DNA of 64,000 nucleotides from a virus: IMG/VR virus record IMGVR_UViG_3300040801_003693, positions 71,939 to 135,938 of that record; one strand, 5' to 3'. Shown piece by piece: positions 60,096 to 64,000 of this stretch (position 1 is its first letter; each line of letters starts with the position of its first letter). The notes under the pieces were generated by a model. It saw only the letters and a program-made list of their open reading frames with translations, ran no database searches and was not told where the DNA came from. The position numbers and the translations under genes were made by a program.

Positions 60096-60779
60096 TTATA
60101 TTAACGGCTGCCCTAAACTTATTGGTTCATGTTCGCTTTCTATGTACCCTGCATCACGGCTAACCTGTGACACTGAAGAAGAAAGCCATTCAAATAGTTC
60201 TGAAAACTCTACATTCTTTAATTTGATTACTGGATTTTTTGTAAAACTTTTAAGCTGTTCTTTATCAAAATTATCTCCCACCCCTACAATATGAGAAATA
60301 ATCTTTTCTTCTTTCTCCGCTTTTCTTATTCTTTCTACAGTTGTGGAATTTTCATCGGTAGCTCTACCATCTGTAATTAACAATAACCAAGGTCTATAAT
60401 AACTGACATAGTTTTCCTTATAACTTTCTTTTCTCTGTTCCAAACACGTTAGACCTAGATCTATTGCTTGATGCATGGAAGTCATCCCCCCAGTTTTCAA
60501 ATCCTCAAAATTCAATTTATCTACGCTCGTAAAATCCCTGTAAATTGTAACTTGAGTATTGAAAGTAATGATGCACACTTCAACTGATAGTGAAGCCATT
60601 GCATCTGCTTTTACCTCCTCAATAAACATTCTAATACCCTTATTAAGATTATCAATTGATTCACCCTCCATACTTTTTGAAGTATCCAAAAGAAGAACTA
60701 CAGGACATCTTGTCTCTGGATTCTCTGCTAAATCAATATCCAATTTTTTCTCCATTTTATTATCTGTTATCTTTAACAT
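60096..60779 (-). CDS. terY: TerY-like vWA domain protein
   Basis: RCPVVLLLDTSKSM (MIDAS), GGMTSM, YYRPWLLLITDG, FEWLSSS. Confidence 0.9.
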   Translation of the reverse strand: MLKITDNKMEKKLDIDLAENPETRCPVVLLLDTSKSMEGESIDNLNKGIRMFIEEVKADAMASLSVEVCIITFNTQVTIYRDFTSVDKLNFEDLKTGGMTSMHQAIDLGLTCLEQRKESYKENYVSYYRPWLLLITDGRATDENSTTVERIRKAEKEEKIISHIVGVGDNFDKEQLKSFTKNPVIKLKNVEFSELFEWLSSSVSQVSRDAGYIESEHEPISLGQPLI

Positions 60780-60862
60780 TATTTTCTCCCCTGAACTTTA
60801 ATCATTACAATACTATTCATATTTTATTTCTAATTACAACCCATGTTTACAATTATTTATAA

Positions 60863-61720
60863 TTAAATCTCAACGTAGACATCTTCTCTTTCATTCTCAA
60901 AATCTATAGAAAGATAAGAATCTAAAATAAAATTTTGAAATGAGTTTCTTAATGAACAAAAGTCTTTAGATAACTCTTCTAATTTTATATTTATAAAAGT
61001 CTTCTGCCGGGGGAACAGGATAAGAATAGACTCTATATAGTCATAAGCTAAAGACAGTAATATCTGTTTTTTTAAATAATCATAGGTTAAGGGTTTAGAT
61101 TTAAGTGTAGTGTGAGAAGTGATAATAGTTTTATCTAATATCATTCTTACTCCACAGGAAGAAATGGCTGAAGTATACATAGAATAAGGACTTAGTTTTA
61201 ATTTAGATTGAGTTGAGAATAATTTTATCTTTTCAAATGTATCCTTTGTGGATAAGAGAAGTAATTCTAAATCTTCAATATCTGCTTTATGGATAGCTCT
61301 TATTCTTCTCAGGTTGTGTTTTAAGTCTTCTTCTTTCATTTTTTTTCTATATCCATCTTCTACTAAAACTGGAAACAATAGGTCTACGCTAGGGTTTTTT
61401 AACTGATTAACTTTATTCCAGTAATAGTCTAGGTGATAAAACTGAAACATTTCATTTAAAGTAGTAAAGTTAAGCAGCCATTTTTTATCTAGATTTGAAC
61501 CGTACTTTTGATGAGCAAGATATATAGAATAGTAGATGCACGCCAATCCTACTTTAGGAAAATTAACTCCCACTAAAGAACTACGACTTAAGGAATGAAT
61601 GCACTCTAATCTCTCATTGCTTTTATATACTATATCTTCAATTTTATTTACATCTAAATTCTCACCCATCCATTTAGTTAAGGGTGAGATAGATGTATCT
61701 AATTCTTTTGTTAGGAACAT
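60863..61720 (-). CDS. Hypothetical protein
   Basis: 285-aa ORF. Confidence 0.55.
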   Translation of the reverse strand: MFLTKELDTSISPLTKWMGENLDVNKIEDIVYKSNERLECIHSLSRSSLVGVNFPKVGLACIYYSIYLAHQKYGSNLDKKWLLNFTTLNEMFQFYHLDYYWNKVNQLKNPSVDLLFPVLVEDGYRKKMKEEDLKHNLRRIRAIHKADIEDLELLLLSTKDTFEKIKLFSTQSKLKLSPYSMYTSAISSCGVRMILDKTIITSHTTLKSKPLTYDYLKKQILLSLAYDYIESILILFPRQKTFINIKLEELSKDFCSLRNSFQNFILDSYLSIDFENEREDVYVEI

Positions 61721-61752
61721 TTTATTCTTCTGTAGAATAATATTTGCTTAAA

Positions 61753-62331
61753 TTAACCGTGCAAGGGATGTCTCCACTTACTTATCCACAAATGTTCTTT
61801 TATGTTCTTTTCGATACATATTCCAGAAATCATAGAAATAGTTTTTAAGTGAGATGTAACTATTATTAATTGTTTACGGTGTATAAAACAATATCTAATT
61901 ATTGTTTGAAGATACTTAAAATAAATAGTATAATTCCAATATTGTGGATGTCTTTCTGGTGTATGGTAGTATAATATAGATTGTTTTATAAACATATAAC
62001 TGAAATTCCAAAATAAATAGTCTGCTTCTCTTGTGTTTATATTTTTTCCAATATCTATAAAACGATTATCGTGTATTCTTAAAAATGGAATATTATTTTT
62101 GAACACAAGTTCAGAAAATAATATTCCGTTTTCTGACATTAAAGTTTGCAGATATCCTAAGTTTATTGGAGTATAAAACTCTGGGTATTCTATGTACTCT
62201 ATGTACTCTTCTAACGTTATATGCCTTTCCCTTGGAGGAGTAAGATATTTCTTTGTCTCCTCAAGGTAATAATTTACATCTCTTTCTTCACATAGAATAA
62301 CGTTAATGTCTTTGAATTCTGATGTATACAT
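61753..62331 (-). CDS. Hypothetical protein, weakly resembling the C-terminal half of an ABC/AAA ATPase
   Basis: PERHP and QLIIVTSH; no Walker A/B. Confidence 0.4.
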   Translation of the reverse strand: MYTSEFKDINVILCEERDVNYYLEETKKYLTPPRERHITLEEYIEYIEYPEFYTPINLGYLQTLMSENGILFSELVFKNNIPFLRIHDNRFIDIGKNINTREADYLFWNFSYMFIKQSILYYHTPERHPQYWNYTIYFKYLQTIIRYCFIHRKQLIIVTSHLKTISMISGICIEKNIKEHLWISKWRHPLHG

Positions 62332-62405
62332 AAAAAAAATACCTGCTATTCCAACAGGTAGTGTATCAATTATAGGTTTGAGTTATTTCTATTATAGTTG
62401 AGTTA

Positions 62406-62625
62406 GTCAACGACCCCCGACTTTAAGTCGGGGGCTTCCAGCCTAAAAATTGGAAGCCCTAAGTTGACCAGACTATCGTTAGCGGCAAGCGTTCAAGAAC
62501 CTACCAAGGGATGCGTAGCTAGTCTCTTGCTCTAGAACCGGAAAGTTAAACATCTTTAAGGGGTTAAGGAAGTGCTTTTCGGATAGTTACCGACCGTTAA
62601 CAATGTCGAAGCTAACATTACTATT
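62406..62625 (+). ncRNA. omegaRNA (HEARO) scaffold
   Basis: GTTGACCAGACTA, CTACC..GGGATGCGTAGCTAGTC.C..GCTCTAG, GTTAAACA, AGTG, AACAATGTCGAAGC upstream of iscB. Confidence 0.85.
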
Positions 62626-62637
62626 AAGGCACTAACA

Positions 62638-63915
62638 ATGCAACAAAACTATGTTTTTGTAATTGATACAAACAAACAACAATTAAATCCAATAACACCA
62701 AAACAAGCACGTAGGTTATTGGAATTAGGGAAAGCTGCGGTATTCAGAATCTATCCATTTACATTGATATTAAAAACTGCGATTGATAACCCAACAATTA
62801 GACCATTAACCTTAAAAATTGACCCCGGTTCAAAATATACAGGGATTGCATTGCTTGACGGAGAAAAAGTGATTTGGGGTGCGGAGCTAGAACATAGAGG
62901 GTATCAAATAAAAGACGCTTTATTGTCCCGTAGACAATTAAGGTGTAGCCGTAGAAATAGAAAAACTCGGTACAGAAAACCACGCTTTGATAACCGTAAA
63001 TCTGGAGAAGGCTGGCTACCGCCAAGTTTAGAACATAGAATTTTAACAACTGAAACTTGGGTAAAACGTTTAATAGGTTATGCACCAATAACAGAATTAT
63101 GGATTGAAAAAGTTAAATTCGATATGCAACAAATGCAAAACCCAGAAATATCTGGTGTTGAATATCAACAAGGAACCTTATGGGGTTATCAAGTACGCGA
63201 ATATCTACTAGAAAAATGGGGTAGAGAATGTACTTACTGCGGGAAAAAGGATATTCCATTGCAAATTGAACATATCCAAGCAAAGTCAAAAGGAGGTAGC
63301 AATAGAGTTAGTAATTTATGTTTAGCCTGTGAAAAGTGTAATCAAAACAAGGGAAATAAATCAGTTGAAGAGTTCTTGAAACAGAAGCCTAAATTGCTTC
63401 AAAAAATCAAAAGCCAAGCCAAAAAAACATTAAAAGATGCAGCAGCAGTAAACGCAACTAGGAATAAATTAGTTAAAACTTTATCTAATTTACTACCAAT
63501 AAAAACTGCGACAGGAGCGCAAACAAAGTTTAACCGAATTAGATTGAATCTTAAAAAACAACATTGGATAGATGCTGCTTGTGTTGGTGATATTGGTAAT
63601 CTAAAACTCCTAACCAATCAACCATTAAAAATTAAATGCAATGGTCATGGAACCCGACAAATGTGTCGTACTGATAAATACGGTTTTCCTACTAGGTATG
63701 TTCCTAGATTCAAGTTTATAAAAGGCTTTCAAACTGGAGATATCGTAAAAGCTGTTGTCACATCAGGTAAAAAGACTGGTAAATATATTGGCAGAATTGC
63801 GACTAGAAGCACTGGTAGCTTTAACATTTCAACCCGTGACAAACTAGTACAAGGAATTTCTTATAAATACTGCAAAACTATTTACTTTAAAGATGGCTAC
63901 TCTTACGCATTTTGA
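62638..63915 (+). CDS. iscB: RNA-guided endonuclease IscB
   Basis: PLMP-like QLNP, RuvC-I IDPGSK, Arg-rich bridge helix, RuvC-II E, HNH (CTYC, IEHI, CEKCN), RuvC-III HWIDA. Confidence 0.95.
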   Translation: MQQNYVFVIDTNKQQLNPITPKQARRLLELGKAAVFRIYPFTLILKTAIDNPTIRPLTLKIDPGSKYTGIALLDGEKVIWGAELEHRGYQIKDALLSRRQLRCSRRNRKTRYRKPRFDNRKSGEGWLPPSLEHRILTTETWVKRLIGYAPITELWIEKVKFDMQQMQNPEISGVEYQQGTLWGYQVREYLLEKWGRECTYCGKKDIPLQIEHIQAKSKGGSNRVSNLCLACEKCNQNKGNKSVEEFLKQKPKLLQKIKSQAKKTLKDAAAVNATRNKLVKTLSNLLPIKTATGAQTKFNRIRLNLKKQHWIDAACVGDIGNLKLLTNQPLKIKCNGHGTRQMCRTDKYGFPTRYVPRFKFIKGFQTGDIVKAVVTSGKKTGKYIGRIATRSTGSFNISTRDKLVQGISYKYCKTIYFKDGYSYAF

Positions 63916-64000
63916 ATAAGTTACGGCGAATAAATTCGCCGTCCGTGTTCATCCCTGACCTAAAGGTACAGGGTTTCCCACGAGAGGAGTTTTAGATGAA

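Larger units (their letters stand above)
62406..63999 (+). mobile_element. Non-autonomous IS200/IS605-superfamily IscB element
   Basis: 5' end GTCAAC-GACCCCCGACTTTAAGTCGGGGGC; 3' hairpin CCCTGACC-TAAA-GGTACAGGG ending in ATGA; no tnpA. Confidence 0.85.

Noticed and set aside
35-63617. Antisense or shadow ORFs (e.g. 35..238, 821..1105, 7002..7217, 27187..27660, 32826..33155, 40934..41458, 62798..63088)
   Set aside because: They overlap better-supported genes on the opposite strand and lack motifs
1-64000. tRNA/rRNA genes, terminase, portal, integrase
   Set aside because: No recognisable motifs seen by eye; they may lie outside the window

Overview
AT-rich (roughly 30% GC by eye) 64-kb segment of a large contractile-tailed phage or prophage/phage-plasmid of a cyanobacterium (at least 9 HIP1 GCGATCGC octamers, cyanobacterial-type CRISPR repeat, heptamer repeats). 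The + strand carries the virion module: Mu-I-like head protease/scaffold, major capsid protein, tail sheath, tail tube, baseplate hub, spike fused to an amidase, M23 peptidase, gp25-like and baseplate-J proteins, fibre-like proteins and two DUF4815-like proteins. No terminase, portal or clear tape-measure gene is recognisable in the window. Accessory islands, mostly on the - strand, interrupt this module. The most unusual content is: (i) a full-length Cas1 homologue with substituted metal ligands and no cas2, next to leader-like DNA and a single 37-nt CRISPR repeat; (ii) four paralogous secreted/membrane Cys-containing small proteins, each coupled to a downstream partner gene that co-varies with the C-terminal domain, plus an orphan partner (candidate polymorphic toxin-immunity or exclusion system); (iii) one such cassette bracketed by two covarying hairpin repeats resembling IS200/IS605-family 3' ends; (iv) a dispersed GC-rich palindrome recurring every 2-3 kb. 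The window ends with a TerY-PP2C-kinase triad and an intact IscB/omegaRNA element. All assignments come from motif recognition by eye, without database searches.
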